From: Syntrophales bacterium
GTDB lineage: Bacteria; Desulfobacterota; Syntrophia; Syntrophales; UBA2210
Direction of reading: 5' to 3'
Assembly: GCA_963666365.2 (NCBI GenBank)
Contig: CAXXNF010000001.1
Coordinates: forward strand, 288,001 to 352,000
DNA length: 64,000 bases
Position numbers and translations under genes: made by a program. The notes beneath the pieces were generated by a model. The model was given only the letters and a program-made list of their open reading frames with translations, searched no databases and was not told the origin of the DNA. Shown piece after piece: positions 48,101 through 57,112 of this stretch. Position 1 is the stretch's first letter; every line of letters begins with the position of its first letter.

Positions 48101-51100
48101 ACCGTGCACCCCAAGAGACCGTTGCCCCCGGTCACGCCAAAACCGGTCATTTCGGCCGCCGTCGCCATGAAGAGGTTGACACCGGAAACGCCCCCCGGCA
48201 GATTCGCCGGACCGGCGAAGACCGGCACATAGCCGCTCGCCGTCACCTTGACATAGAGATAGGCGTCCCGCGGCAGGCCCCCGAAGCTGTAGGACCCGTC
48301 ACCTGCCGTGGTGGTAAACTTACCCGGATCGCCATGCAGCGCCAGCGTCGCCCCGGGAACGCCTGCCCCGGCAAAGGTCCTGACGGAACCGCTGATCGAT
48401 GCGTCATAGCCCGGCGCCACACCCCAGATGCGTCCCTCGGTCACCGCATCGCCCACTGCACCGAAGGTACGGATCCCGAAGCTCCATCCGTTTCTGAAGG
48501 CGTTCACTGTCACCCTGTCGCCGTCATCGACATTCAGCACATAAAAACGGCCGTTACCCCAAGTGGCGCCGCCGCCCAGAACACCGAAAGGATCGCGGTA
48601 CACAACGGAATAAGGAACGGCCGGGTGCAGTTCGCTCGTCGCCGTCACCACCGCTCCGCCCACGGTACCGGCATACCGGTAGGTCAAATCGGAAACGCGG
48701 CCCGCAATAAGGGACTTCCCTTCGTCAGGCATTACACCCATGGCCTCAAGATTTCCTGATGTGAACATGGTGAACGGCGAGTAACCGCCGTAGGCATCAC
48801 CGTTGATGTATGTATCCGCAGTTAAGGTGATATCTACCGAATAAAGATCCATATACCCTGTTCGGCTGAACTTCAGTGCGAAGGGCGTATTCGCCGGCAC
48901 ACCGGCAAGGCTGAAAGTGCCGTCCGTCGTGGATGAAGTCGTCGACGTTGATGCATTACCCGCAAGCGACACCGTCACACCGGGCGCTGCAATCACCGCC
49001 CCGTTCCAGTCCCGCACAAACCCGCTTACCGTTACCGTAGACGAACCGGCACCGGCCTGGTTGACGGTAAACGTCTCTCCGGCGATGGTCATCGTGCCCG
49101 TCCGGGCCTCACCCGTATTGGCATCCAACGTGTAGCTGACAGAACCGCTACCCTTCCCGGCCGCACCGGAGGTGATATGAATCCAGGATTCATTGCTGAC
49201 TGCGGTCCAGGACACATCCGCCTGAACTGAAACTGTTACACTGCCCGTCCCGGCTTCAGCGGTGTCAAAGGTCTGTCCGGTCGCCGACAGGATGGGACTC
49301 CCCGTAATGCCGCCCTGATGGATGGCGTCGGCAGCGATTGTGTACACACGCTGTTTGAAGGTCCAACCTTCCTTTTCAGCCGTCACGGTTATCGTATCTC
49401 CCGGATCGACGTTCTTCACGATAAAACGACCGGTAGCCCCGTCGGTCGAATCAAGGGTACAGGCGTCGTTATAACAGATCTGATAACTGGAGTTGGAAGA
49501 ATATTTCCGGCTGAAGGCCGTTACGGTGGCCCCACCGACATAATTCCCCGCTTCATCTTTTATCCGGGCGCGGATAATGCCCTGCCCGAACGTCACATTC
49601 CATGTGTCCAACTGCCCCAAGGGGAAAAGGGTAAAATCGCCCAGTTCGACTGCAGCGCCTCCCGAAACGCTGATCATCGCACTATAGGTCGGCACATAGT
49701 CCGCCTTGCTGAACTTCAGATAGAAGGGAACCCCCGAGGGCACAGCCAGATTGTAGAGCCCGCCGCCTGAAGACATGGTGCTGTTGGCCGGCTCCGCCCC
49801 TACCTGCTCTACTGTAACGCCATCGATGCCGGTCGTACCGGCGCTGTCCTTTATGGCCCCGGCAATGGGGGTTGTCGTGATCGACTGCCCCACAGGACTG
49901 AAGCGGAAATTATCATAGGCCACATCATCGCCGTCATTGGCCGCCTCGACGATTTCCACCCGTGCAATGGGCATGTTCGGTGAGGCAAGACCCCAGAAGG
50001 GATTGTTGCCCTGACCGACCCCTCCGCCGGCAATCACGCTCAGATCGGTATTTTCGTAAATAAGCGAATTGTCTTCCCCATACACCCGTATGCGTTCGCC
50101 GCCCGTCCCGCCGTAATCGATAAAGGTCCAGCCGATGGCGTTCACGGCGGGATTGAATATCAATGTCAGTGAATCCTCATTTGCATCACCCGACTCATAC
50201 GGCGCTTCACCGGGAGAGAGATGATTCGAATTCCAGTACCCCGATGTCGGCGGATAGATCCACATGGGTTGGCTGTTCGGTGTGGAAAAGGTGATCCCCT
50301 CACCCGCATATTCATTCCCTGCAAAGGAAATGCGGCCTGCGGAGGCATCCCGATCCTCGAAATTGATGAGTTTCATCGGAATTACGGCTGCAGTAAAGGC
50401 CGCTTCGCTGGTAAAGGTGGTGATCGTAGGCGCGGCGCCCGTGAAGGTAAATTCCGACTCTGCAAAAGACGAATTGGGGTTGCCGTCCGTTTCGATTAAC
50501 GAAATGACCGTATACCGGTAGGTATGCCCCGCAACCAGCGCGGGACCGTCATAGACGATGCTGGTCTGACCGGCTTCCATTTCCGGCCCTGACCAGAGCC
50601 AGCTACCCGCGGTCATGTCTTCCAGAAAAATTTCATAGCCGGTTGCACCGGTAATGCCCGTCCAAGAGAATGTGGGATTCGCGGTGGTCACATCCCCCGC
50701 AGGCTCCAGGTCGGTTGCAAACTCCGCCACGTAGACACTGACGGTCTTGGAAACAACCACAGGCGTTCCGCCCGTTTCGGCGGTAAAGGCATAGGTGAGC
50801 GCCTCGGTGGGCGGCGTCGTTCCCAGATCGATCGCTGCGTAGATCTCCCAACGCCCCCTTTCAGTAATGTAGCCCAGAAGCAGCTCCCCCGCGAGCCCGG
50901 GACCGTTGACGGTGACGCCTGTAAAGGCGTGTGTCGAATCGTTTACAAACATATTGATGTAATAGTTGGTACCCGCGTGATAGGAATACACGGTAAAGGG
51001 CGACTGCGATTGCGCAGGTCTTCCAAAGAAAGATTCTTCAGAGATAAAGCCTGCCTGAGCGGGCACGACGGCGCCGTTAAAATCGAAGCCGTAGCCGCTC

Positions 51101-53727
51101 AGTGAAACCACCAGTTGAACCATGGTCCCGGCCGGCACGTCTTTCACCATGTAGATGCCGTCGGACCCGGTGCCCGTTCCTCCTCCCGTATAGGTGACAG
51201 GATACGCCGTCCCCGTCGGGGCGCCGTCCAGAAATTGCATCGCCGCAATGGTTGCACCGCTGAGGAACGTCGACGGGCTCTCTTCCATAGCCACCCTACC
51301 GACAATCATGCCGGTACCCGCTGTATTGCCAAAGGCATCGTACTGTTCCGTCGTAAAGAGGGCATAGGGGAGAAGGGCCTGGATATCGGCAGTCCAGTTC
51401 ATAAATTTGCTGAGCACGGGCGCATAACCCGCCGGCGGCTGGACATTCAGGAAAAAGGTTGTCGACACCGGTATTTCCGCAATCGTAAAGGCGCCGGTAC
51501 TGCTGTCGGGAACAGCCGTGCCGATAAGGGTCGGCGTCGTACCCGGCTGGAATGCCGAAACAGTAACCCCGGCCACCGCTGCCATATCTGCTGATAACGG
51601 CCAGCTGGGAATGGTCTTTGCCCACCCGTTGAAAGAAATCGTTTCGGCCGTGCCACCGCTATAGGTAAAGCTGCCGTTCGCCATCGACATGTTCCAGACA
51701 CCGTTCTGTTCGACAAAGGAATTGATATTGTAGTCGTAAGTCTTTCCGTTTTCCAATGCAGGGCCGTTATAAGGAACGGCTGTCCGAACAGATGAAAGAT
51801 TGTAGCAATCCCAGATTCTCGTTCCACCTTCGTTGAGTTCCACGCCGTAGCCGCTTGCCCCCTGACAGGCTGTCCAGGAAAAACCGGTCAGGCTCGAAAT
51901 GCTTCCCGAAGGCTGCAGGTTCGTGGCAAACTCGGTGACATAGCCCGTAATGTTTTTCGTCACGGGATCGATGGCATCCCCGCCCGCCTGGGAGGTAAAG
52001 GTAAAGGTGAAAGCGGGCCAGCTTAAATCCGGCGTTGCGCCGATGAGGTACCCTTCCGTGCCGATCCAGCTCCCGCCGTAGGCATCATTCCAGACCAGAT
52101 CAACGCCGGAGCCGACATAGGAAGCCCCCGTCACCCTTACGGCAGAGGCCAGATGAAGGGGATCCTGCACATAGAAGTTCACGTAATAATTGCCGTCGTT
52201 TTGAACGTGTATTGTCTGAACCTGCGCCTGAGGCACCGTCGAGGCAATTTCCTCTTCCATGTAGATAAAAGGAAAGAGATCGGGAAAGCGGAGGAACTGC
52301 CCCTGCTGGGCCGTCAGGGTATAGCCGTTTTCCCCGGTAAGATTCTGCATACCTTCATCGTTGATAGCAACGGATGCGTAAAGGATCGTCCCGTTCTCCA
52401 CGCTCAAGTCGAACATGAGCGTCGTCGCGGCCGGATCGAGACCTGCTCGGACGATAGGTTCCGATTTCCAAATGTCATTGTCCGTATTTTCAATCTTTGC
52501 TTCAATAATCAGTGTCCCCTCGCTATAAAGGGTGCCGTCGTAATACCCCTTAACCCATATAACGCTGATGAACGCCTGGTTATACCCGTCGCCGTCGCGA
52601 GCGAGGCCCATTTCCAGACGGTAGGCCTTCTGGGCGTTCAAGTCGACATTGAAATTGCCCAGTTCGAGGGAATAAAACCAGCTGACCGGATCCGTTCCCG
52701 CAGGCAGGACTTCCGCACTTGCATAGAGCACGGCGATCCCTTCCGATCCTTCAGTGGTGGGATTGATGGTTGCCTTTCCACCTGCCGTATCAAGTGTCAC
52801 AGTGACAGGTGGAATACCCTGGGTCTGTCCCCAAAAATAGGCTGTCCCTGCGGCTTCACCGGTGGGATGCGTGACGACATCGGTCAATGCCGAAAGATTT
52901 ATCGCATTGCTCTCAACCGTCCCTGCCGAAAAATCATAAGAGATCTGACGACCAGAATCGTCCATATAGGAAAGGTGCTTCACATCAACCGCATAGAGGG
53001 CATTCCCTGCCTCGAAGCGTGTCCGCTGGAGGTTCGAGATGCGGAGCTCGTCGATACGGGTGACGACACGGGCGTTGTAATTGACCATCACATTCCCGTT
53101 ATACCCGCTGGCGGGCATGCCGGTATTGGTATCGCCGCCCACCAATTCCCCGTTGATATAGAGTTTTGCACCGGTGCTGCCCCAGGTCGCCGCCACATGG
53201 GTCCAGGCATTCAGAGGCACCGTAGTGGCACCGGAATTCATATTAAAGGCCGCCCAGGCCCCCGCCTGGAGTTGCCCGGTTGCACTCACGCCCATACCGA
53301 AGGTCCACCCGGCACATGATCCGGGGTAAGGCCCCTGCGCCACGAGAGACATTCCCGTTCCGTAGGATGTCAGATAGATCCAGAACTCTATCGTCCCGTT
53401 GGCTTGGCTCAGGAGCTGACCGCCGGGATAGCGCAGATATGTTGACGATCCCTCCGGCTCTCCCTCCGGGGGATTCAGGCTGATGGCCTGTCCCAGACCG
53501 ACCGGACCCGCCACATAGGCCGAACTCGGGGTTGCCAAAGGCTTTGCAGTCCCGCAGGCCGCACCGGTTTCACTATAGGCGAGAATACTCGCGTTCGTCG
53601 CCCCGTCAAGATGGTCTATAAGAACGGTATTGCTATCGGGCTCGTACGGTACGAACCCACAGACAAACAAGAAGGAACACATCGTCAGCAGTAATATGAT
53701 ACATCTGTCCCACTGTTTTTTATTCAT
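45106..53727 (-). CDS. Giant secreted mosaic surface protein (about 2873 aa): LamG, repeated beta-sandwich modules, BACON, dockerin-like C-terminus
   Basis: Signal-like N-terminus (ATG 53727 after GGAG); LamG (GTIEFWI, WTHVAATW, KLYING, IDELRISN); BACON (WTAVSNESWI...RTGTMTIAG...TVNQ); C-terminal GDLNGD...DAILAL...ADVNGNGKIGLAEA. Confidence 0.85.
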   Translation of the reverse strand: MNKKQWDRCIILLLTMCSFLFVCGFVPYEPDSNTVLIDHLDGATNASILAYSETGAACGTAKPLATPSSAYVAGPVGLGQAISLNPPEGEPEGSSTYLRYPGGQLLSQANGTIEFWIYLTSYGTGMSLVAQGPYPGSCAGWTFGMGVSATGQLQAGAWAAFNMNSGATTVPLNAWTHVAATWGSTGAKLYINGELVGGDTNTGMPASGYNGNVMVNYNARVVTRIDELRISNLQRTRFEAGNALYAVDVKHLSYMDDSGRQISYDFSAGTVESNAINLSALTDVVTHPTGEAAGTAYFWGQTQGIPPVTVTLDTAGGKATINPTTEGSEGIAVLYASAEVLPAGTDPVSWFYSLELGNFNVDLNAQKAYRLEMGLARDGDGYNQAFISVIWVKGYYDGTLYSEGTLIIEAKIENTDNDIWKSEPIVRAGLDPAATTLMFDLSVENGTILYASVAINDEGMQNLTGENGYTLTAQQGQFLRFPDLFPFIYMEEEIASTVPQAQVQTIHVQNDGNYYVNFYVQDPLHLASAVRVTGASYVGSGVDLVWNDAYGGSWIGTEGYLIGATPDLSWPAFTFTFTSQAGGDAIDPVTKNITGYVTEFATNLQPSGSISSLTGFSWTACQGASGYGVELNEGGTRIWDCYNLSSVRTAVPYNGPALENGKTYDYNINSFVEQNGVWNMSMANGSFTYSGGTAETISFNGWAKTIPSWPLSADMAAVAGVTVSAFQPGTTPTLIGTAVPDSSTGAFTIAEIPVSTTFFLNVQPPAGYAPVLSKFMNWTADIQALLPYALFTTEQYDAFGNTAGTGMIVGRVAMEESPSTFLSGATIAAMQFLDGAPTGTAYPVTYTGGGTGTGSDGIYMVKDVPAGTMVQLVVSLSGYGFDFNGAVVPAQAGFISEESFFGRPAQSQSPFTVYSYHAGTNYYINMFVNDSTHAFTGVTVNGPGLAGELLLGYITERGRWEIYAAIDLGTTPPTEALTYAFTAETGGTPVVVSKTVSVYVAEFATDLEPAGDVTTANPTFSWTGITGATGYEIFLEDMTAGSWLWSGPEMEAGQTSIVYDGPALVAGHTYRYTVISLIETDGNPNSSFAESEFTFTGAAPTITTFTSEAAFTAAVIPMKLINFEDRDASAGRISFAGNEYAGEGITFSTPNSQPMWIYPPTSGYWNSNHLSPGEAPYESGDANEDSLTLIFNPAVNAIGWTFIDYGGTGGERIRVYGEDNSLIYENTDLSVIAGGGVGQGNNPFWGLASPNMPIARVEIVEAANDGDDVAYDNFRFSPVGQSITTTPIAGAIKDSAGTTGIDGVTVEQVGAEPANSTMSSGGGLYNLAVPSGVPFYLKFSKADYVPTYSAMISVSGGAAVELGDFTLFPLGQLDTWNVTFGQGIIRARIKDEAGNYVGGATVTAFSRKYSSNSSYQICYNDACTLDSTDGATGRFIVKNVDPGDTITVTAEKEGWTFKQRVYTIAADAIHQGGITGSPILSATGQTFDTAEAGTGSVTVSVQADVSWTAVSNESWIHITSGAAGKGSGSVSYTLDANTGEARTGTMTIAGETFTVNQAGAGSSTVTVSGFVRDWNGAVIAAPGVTVSLAGNASTSTTSSTTDGTFSLAGVPANTPFALKFSRTGYMDLYSVDITLTADTYINGDAYGGYSPFTMFTSGNLEAMGVMPDEGKSLIAGRVSDLTYRYAGTVGGAVVTATSELHPAVPYSVVYRDPFGVLGGGATWGNGRFYVLNVDDGDRVTVNAFRNGWSFGIRTFGAVGDAVTEGRIWGVAPGYDASISGSVRTFAGAGVPGATLALHGDPGKFTTTAGDGSYSFGGLPRDAYLYVKVTASGYVPVFAGPANLPGGVSGVNLFMATAAEMTGFGVTGGNGLLGCTVMNQSMNPLSGATVTLTSRSGTAYSVLYEGGGSTTSASGRFLVPNVAPGDVVKIETTASGYAFNPVYLDGFGGAVTEKMILETGQAPYSVDVKHLSYSDDSGRQVSYDFSAGTVANDAINLSSLADVVTQPTGESTATTYFWGQAPGLPPANVTLDTEGGKATIKPAVEGAEGVTVLYSSPEALPAGADPASWFYSLELANFNIDLNAQKAYRLEMGLGSDSDGYNEAHITVTWVKGYCDGVLYADNTLIIQGEIQNSGNQIWGSDPIVRTGLDPTTTTLMFDLSVENGNTLYASVAINGEGMQNLTGETGQTLAEGQFLRFPDLFPFIYMEEKIASTVPQAQVQTMHFQSDGKYYVSFYVQDPLHMASAVRVTGPSYVGSGIDLIWNEEGRNWYSQGCLIGATPDLSWPAFTFTFTPQTGGDAIDPVTKNIAGYVSEFATNLQPLGSISSLTDFSWTGISGASGYGVELNDGSGTRVWNSYNIPGTQTSVSYDGPALIHGMTYTYMISTGIEQNGAWNMSFASGSFTYTGSASTVAVSGFVRDWNGAVIAAPGVTVSLAGNASTSTTSSTTDGTFSLAGVPANAPFALKFSRTGYMDLYSVDITLTADTYINGDAYGGSSPFTMFTSGNLEAMGVMPDEGKSLIAGRVSDLTYRYAGTVGGAVVTATSELHPAVPYSVVYRDPFGVLGGNATYGNGHFYVLNVDAGDRLTITAARDGWSFWTRTFRGEESAVTQGRIWGTAPGYDASISGSVRTFAGAGISGATLALHGDPGKFTTTAGGGSYSFGGLPRDACLYVKVTASGYVPVFAGPANLPGGVSGVNLFMATAAEMTGFGVTGSNGLLGCTVMDQSMNPLSGATVTLTSRSGTAYSVLYEGGGSTTSASGRFLVPNVAPGDVVGIEVMKSGYVFDPVYLNGFGGAITEKMILAKESAVLKGDLNGDSVVDLADAILALKVMAGVPSEWIRPDYVTSGADVNGNGKIGLAEAVYILQKIASLRP
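45325..46500 (-). repeat. Internal repeat B, copy 2 (pairs with 47863-49038)
   Basis: Same 2538-bp offset at both ends; long near-identical nucleotide stretches. Confidence 0.92.
46510..47840 (-). repeat. Internal repeat A, copy 2 (pairs with about 51660-52996)
   Basis: VDVKHLSY.DDSGRQ.SYDFSAGTV...RFPDLFPFIYMEE...GSFTY; more diverged than repeat B. Confidence 0.9.
47863..49038 (-). repeat. Internal repeat B, copy 1
   Basis: VSGFVRDWNGAVIAAPG...TEKMIL, matches 45325-46500. Confidence 0.92.
51660..52996 (-). repeat. Internal repeat A, copy 1
   Basis: Matches 46510-47840 at protein and DNA level. Confidence 0.9.
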
Positions 53728-54012
53728 GACTCCCCCCATTTCAATACTCCTCTGCTTTGTCTCTGGAATTTTAAAGAGATAAACCCCCAAACCCCTATAT
53801 TAAGAGCCCGTGGTTTATATATGAACATGATTGATAACCTCTTGTAATTTAGTATTATATCACTGGTCCATGAAATAGCAACACGAATATTGCAGACAGG
53901 ACCGAGGACATTGTGAGCAGCGACACATCCCCCACCCCATAAAATGCTGGCAAAAAGACAAAAACATCGGTACAAAGTTACTTTACGAAACCATATCAAG
54001 GGATGCCGTTTG

Positions 54013-56151
54013 ATGAGAACCGACACTTCAACTCCCGCGAGTACCGACTCCTCCGACTATGCTATGCAGAAAAATAACCTGCGCAACAAGCTGACAATAA
54101 TAATTGCGATTGTACTCGTCATACCCTTTCTCATTTCAAGCTACATGTTTTTCATCCGCAGCGATCATTTCGATTCTTCCCAGGGATTTATTTTTGCGCT
54201 TACTCTCATAGTGGGACTGGGCGGCATCAAATTGATCCGCTACATATTCGATGAGGTGTCTTCCACCACCGAACACCTTAAGAACGCCGCATCAACCGGC
54301 GGGAAAATACCCATCGAGTTCCATCATGAAATATCCGAGATGAGGCAAATTTCATTCTCCTTCAACCGTGTAATGGATCGATTGGAACATGTCACGCATT
54401 CTCTTGACAGGCGGATACTGGAATTGAAGTCCATCAGGGAAATGACGGAATTTGCCGGCCGCACGCTTAACAGAGAAGCGCTGTTTCGCCTTCTCCTGGA
54501 CAAGGCCATGATCGTCACGGATGCCTGCGCGGGAGCGGTTTTTTTCTTCGATTCCGAGCACAATCAATTTCAACCGATTGCCGCAGGAGGCTTGAAAGAC
54601 TACGCCCGGAAATGCGCCTTTGATGTCTATGAGCCCATGATGAAACAGGTCGTTTTCAACAAGACCCCCCTCATAGCCCACGACATCACAGTGAATCCTG
54701 CGGAAGGCGATCCTGTCCAGCATCCCGGCGCCATACCGTCCTTCCTCTGCATGCCGATCTTCAGGGGATCGCAGATACATGCAGTTTTAAGTCTATTTCG
54801 CGAAGATGCTGCTCACCTCTTCGACAGCAGCGACGAAGAGGTACTGTCGATCATGCTCAATGAGATCGGTTTCGCCTTGGATAACGCACACCTGCATGGC
54901 GAACTTCAAAAGAGGCTGGAGGAACTCGAAGAGAGAAATGTCTCCCTGCAGAGGGAGCAGATGGAGCGGATACAATTGGAGGAACGGCTCCATCGAGCCG
55001 AGAAGATGGAAGTCATAGGAACAATGGCGGGAGGGATCGCCCACGACTTGAACAACGTACTGGGCGTGCTGGTAGGATATTCCGAACTGTTACTGGAAAA
55101 CGTTTCCGAGGATGATGAATTGAAAACATACGCCGGCAACATTCTCACCTCGGGACAAAAAGGCGCCGCCATAATTCAGGATCTTTTAACGCTTGCCCGA
55201 CGGGGGCTTTCCATTTCCAAGGTCGTCAATCTGAACGACCTGGTTTCAGACTATATCCGTACGCCGGAATTTGCAACATTAAAGACCTTTCATTCCCAGG
55301 TGGACTTTGAGCTCAATCTCGCCCCTCATCTCACAGGCATCAAGGGCTCACCGGTGCATCTCGGTAAAACAATCACGAATCTCATCACCAATGCAGCCGA
55401 ATCCATAGAGGACAGGGGAAGGGTGATCATATCAACGGAAAATTGCTATCTTGAGCAACCGCTCAGGGGGTATGACGATATTTGTGAAGGCGAGTATGCA
55501 GTCCTTAAAATATCGGATACGGGAACAGGGATACCGAAGGGAAACCTCGACAAAATATTCGAGCCGTTTTTTACGAAAAAAGTCATGGGCAGAAGCGGGA
55601 CGGGCCTGGGACTGGCCGTGGTCTGGGGCGCCGTCAAGGACCATCACGGATATATCGACGTAACAAGCGAAGTGGGCTCGGGAAGCACATTTACCCTCTA
55701 CTTCCCCGTCACCACAGAAGATATTGAAAAAGAGCAGGCGCCGATCGTAAGGGAATCATACCAGGGAAAAGGAGAGTTAATACTGGTGGTTGACGATGTG
55801 CCTGAACAGAGAGAGCTTGCCTTTGAGATGCTCAGCCGGCTCGGCTACAGGGTTGCAACGGTTCCCGGCGGTGAAGAAGCCGTGAAATACATCAAAGAGA
55901 ACCGGGTGGATCTCGTCGTCCTGGATATGATTATGGACCCCGGGATCGACGGACTCGAAACGTATCGAAGAATTCTCGAAATAAATCCCCATCAGAAGGC
56001 CACCATCGTCAGCGGATTTTCCGAAACCGATCGTGTCAGAGATGCGCAAAAGCTGGGCGCCGGCGCCTATGTCAGAAAACCCTATACCATGGAAAAAATC
56101 GGCCCGGCGATCAGAAGGGATCTGGAAGGATCTCCGTCTGGAGACAATTAA
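54013..56151 (+). CDS. Membrane GAF hybrid histidine kinase/response regulator
   Basis: Two TMs, HAMP-like linker, GAF (SFLCMPI...FDSSDEEVL...ALDNA), AGGIAHDLNN, GRSGTGLG, receiver. Start 54013 or 54064. Confidence 0.92.
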   Translation: MRTDTSTPASTDSSDYAMQKNNLRNKLTIIIAIVLVIPFLISSYMFFIRSDHFDSSQGFIFALTLIVGLGGIKLIRYIFDEVSSTTEHLKNAASTGGKIPIEFHHEISEMRQISFSFNRVMDRLEHVTHSLDRRILELKSIREMTEFAGRTLNREALFRLLLDKAMIVTDACAGAVFFFDSEHNQFQPIAAGGLKDYARKCAFDVYEPMMKQVVFNKTPLIAHDITVNPAEGDPVQHPGAIPSFLCMPIFRGSQIHAVLSLFREDAAHLFDSSDEEVLSIMLNEIGFALDNAHLHGELQKRLEELEERNVSLQREQMERIQLEERLHRAEKMEVIGTMAGGIAHDLNNVLGVLVGYSELLLENVSEDDELKTYAGNILTSGQKGAAIIQDLLTLARRGLSISKVVNLNDLVSDYIRTPEFATLKTFHSQVDFELNLAPHLTGIKGSPVHLGKTITNLITNAAESIEDRGRVIISTENCYLEQPLRGYDDICEGEYAVLKISDTGTGIPKGNLDKIFEPFFTKKVMGRSGTGLGLAVVWGAVKDHHGYIDVTSEVGSGSTFTLYFPVTTEDIEKEQAPIVRESYQGKGELILVVDDVPEQRELAFEMLSRLGYRVATVPGGEEAVKYIKENRVDLVVLDMIMDPGIDGLETYRRILEINPHQKATIVSGFSETDRVRDAQKLGAGAYVRKPYTMEKIGPAIRRDLEGSPSGDN

Positions 56152-56326
56152 GGCATTATTTAATTATACCAGCCCGATACGAGCCAATTTCTCAAAATTT
56201 AATTGACAAACCAATTGTGAGGTGTTTTGCTTCCCCTATATGCAGAACCACGCTGCTACACCCGGCGGCGCAATGTAAGTACCAATAATAACTTTAATTG
56301 CTGCGTTCATCTCCCTCAAAAATACC

Positions 56327-57091
56327 ATGAATCCACAGGGCCAAGATTCAGGCAATCAGGTATTTCGAACCCATGGACCGGTCTGGGGCATACTGCTCGT
56401 GGGCGCACTTGCCGGCATTGTCGCGATCATTTTCATCTTTCACTTTCATATCCCGTCGGCCCAGGAGGATGAACGTACATCCACGGCGCACCACAGACAG
56501 CAGGTTGGACGCCGCCATGAGATCAGGGGGGTGAATTTTAACGCCGTCACGGAGGGCAGAAAGCACATCTCATTACAGGCGGACAGACTGTGCATTGAAA
56601 AAAAGAAGATCGGTTTTTTCAGGTGCGGGCTGATAAATAAGGCCACATTGGAAAATGCGATCATTCATATTTACGGAAGCAGGGAGGCAGAAAACGGGGC
56701 CCATCGGGCAGGGACCGGTGACCGGACATTGACATTCAGGGATGCATTTTCAACAGATGGGCTCCCGTCTTTTCACACAAAAAAGATTGCATCTATTGTC
56801 ATGAAACCGGTTTCGGTGGAGCTTCATGATGAAAAGACTTCGGTAACCAGCATATCGGCGGATTCAGCGGAGATAGATTTTGACAGACGCTGCATTCTCT
56901 TTCAGGGCGCAGTCAGGATGGCCTCCGGCAACAGAACCCTTGTGACCAGTCGGCTCAATCTGTTCACCGATCCCGCCGAAATACGATGCGAGCGCCATTT
57001 CACTCTCACCACGCCGGAACGACGCCTCGAAGGAGAGCGACTCATCTCGGATATATTCCTGAGACCGGCTTTTTCGGACACAAAAAGTTAA
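56327..57091 (+). CDS. Membrane-anchored hypothetical protein with LptC/OstA-like C-terminal region
   Basis: One N-terminal TM (VWGILLVGALAGIVAIIFIF); C-terminal ISADSAEID...ILFQGAVRM...LVTSRLNL...LEGERLISD beta-jellyroll-like pattern. Confidence 0.6.
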   Translation: MNPQGQDSGNQVFRTHGPVWGILLVGALAGIVAIIFIFHFHIPSAQEDERTSTAHHRQQVGRRHEIRGVNFNAVTEGRKHISLQADRLCIEKKKIGFFRCGLINKATLENAIIHIYGSREAENGAHRAGTGDRTLTFRDAFSTDGLPSFHTKKIASIVMKPVSVELHDEKTSVTSISADSAEIDFDRRCILFQGAVRMASGNRTLVTSRLNLFTDPAEIRCERHFTLTTPERRLEGERLISDIFLRPAFSDTKS

Positions 57092-57112
57092 CAATCCTTG
57101 GGAGGACGACCG

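Noticed and set aside
45130..48759. Duplicated plus-strand ORFs (45130-46221, 47821-48759)
   Set aside because: Antisense reflections of repeat B within the giant gene.
45325..49038. Diversity-generating retroelement template/variable repeat pair
   Set aside because: Repeats exceed 1 kb, both are coding, differences are not adenine-specific, and no reverse transcriptase is present.
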